From: Planctomycetota bacterium
GTDB lineage: Bacteria > Planctomycetota > Planctomycetia > Pirellulales > UBA1268
NCBI GenBank assembly: GCA_003670825.1
Contig: QWQL01000120.1
Coordinates: 1 to 32,593, forward strand
Direction: 5' to 3'
Length of the DNA stretch: 32,593 bases
Shown: piece after piece, positions 32,398 through 32,593 of the stretch
Layout: every line of letters starts with the position of its first letter
Numbering within the stretch: position 1 is the first letter of the stretch
The notes under the pieces: generated by a model
The model's input: the letters and a program-made list of their open reading frames with translations, nothing else
Databases searched by the model: none
What the model was told of the DNA's origin: nothing
Program-made: the position numbers and the translations under genes

Positions 32398-32593
32398 TCA
32401 TGTTGGCGAATACGCCTCGCTCCGCTCGCGCAGCAGTTCTTTCAGCCGGGCAATTTCCAACGGTGGAGTTACTTGGTGGATCATGGCGTGGCAGTTTGGG
32501 CATACAGGAACGAGGTCGGCCACTGGATCAACGTCACGTTCACCACTTAGAGCTGTCACCGGCACAAGGTGATGGACGTGAATGAATTCTTCG
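32398..32593 (-). CDS. HNH endonuclease, C-terminal fragment; 5' end lies beyond the window
   Basis: Not in the ORF track (open at the edge). My minus-strand translation: ...EEFIHVHHLVPVTALSGERDVDPVADLVPVCPNCHAMIHQVTPPLEIARLKELLRERSEAYSPT*. This gives the H-HH...N(D)...CPNCH..IH HNH motif (McrA-like). Stop at complement of 32398..32400. Confidence 0.75.
   Translation of the reverse strand, partial: EEFIHVHHLVPVTALSGERDVDPVADLVPVCPNCHAMIHQVTPPLEIARLKELLRERSEAYSPT

Noticed and set aside
1-32593. Scan for CRISPR arrays, IS elements or transposases, integrases, rRNA/tRNA genes and long tandem repeats
   Set aside because: I saw no regularly spaced repeats, transposase or integrase-like ORFs, or structured RNA gene signatures by eye. 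An exhaustive repeat search needs software (self-dot-plot, tRNAscan-SE, Infernal).

Overview
High-GC (about 70% by eye) chromosomal segment whose gene families point to Planctomycetota: a PSCyt/DUF1549/DUF1553 + DUF1501 pair, a DUF1559 prepilin-like protein, three Tat-signal Gfo/Idh/MocA oxidoreductases, DUF1080 and HEAT-repeat proteins. I call 27 protein-coding loci: 21 complete CDS, 2 CDS open at the window edges, and 4 apparent pseudogenes. I saw no rRNA, tRNA, CRISPR array, transposase or integrase. Layout, left to right: (1) minus-strand PfkB kinase, frameshifted secreted protein, aroE; (2) a ribose-type ABC importer operon (binding protein, ATPase, permease) decayed by frameshifts and internal deletions; (3) an intact sugar-catabolic cluster (FGGY kinase convergent with SDR, class II aldolase, MDR dehydrogenase, LamG+GH32-like hydrolase); (4) DUF1080 + Tat-Gfo/Idh/MocA pair followed by a lone phnX; (5) PSCyt/DUF1553 + DUF1501 pair; (6) a second Tat-Gfo/Idh/MocA; (7) a minus-strand operon of Tat-Gfo/Idh/MocA, HEAT, HEAT, SGNH sialate-O-acetylesterase-like protein; (8) DUF1559 + lipoprotein pair; (9) a GH127-like hydrolase; (10) a lower-GC terminal segment with an NTF2-like protein carrying a four-Cys tail, an acid-ceramidase/NAAA-like Ntn hydrolase, and the C-terminus of an HNH nuclease. 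The most interesting items are the NTF2 + ceramidase-like module in the atypical-GC segment, the uncharacterised Gfo-HEAT-HEAT-esterase operon, the GH32-like/aldolase/insert-bearing MDR cluster, and lesions confined to the first 5.3 kb. All family assignments rest on motif recognition by eye. No database search was run.
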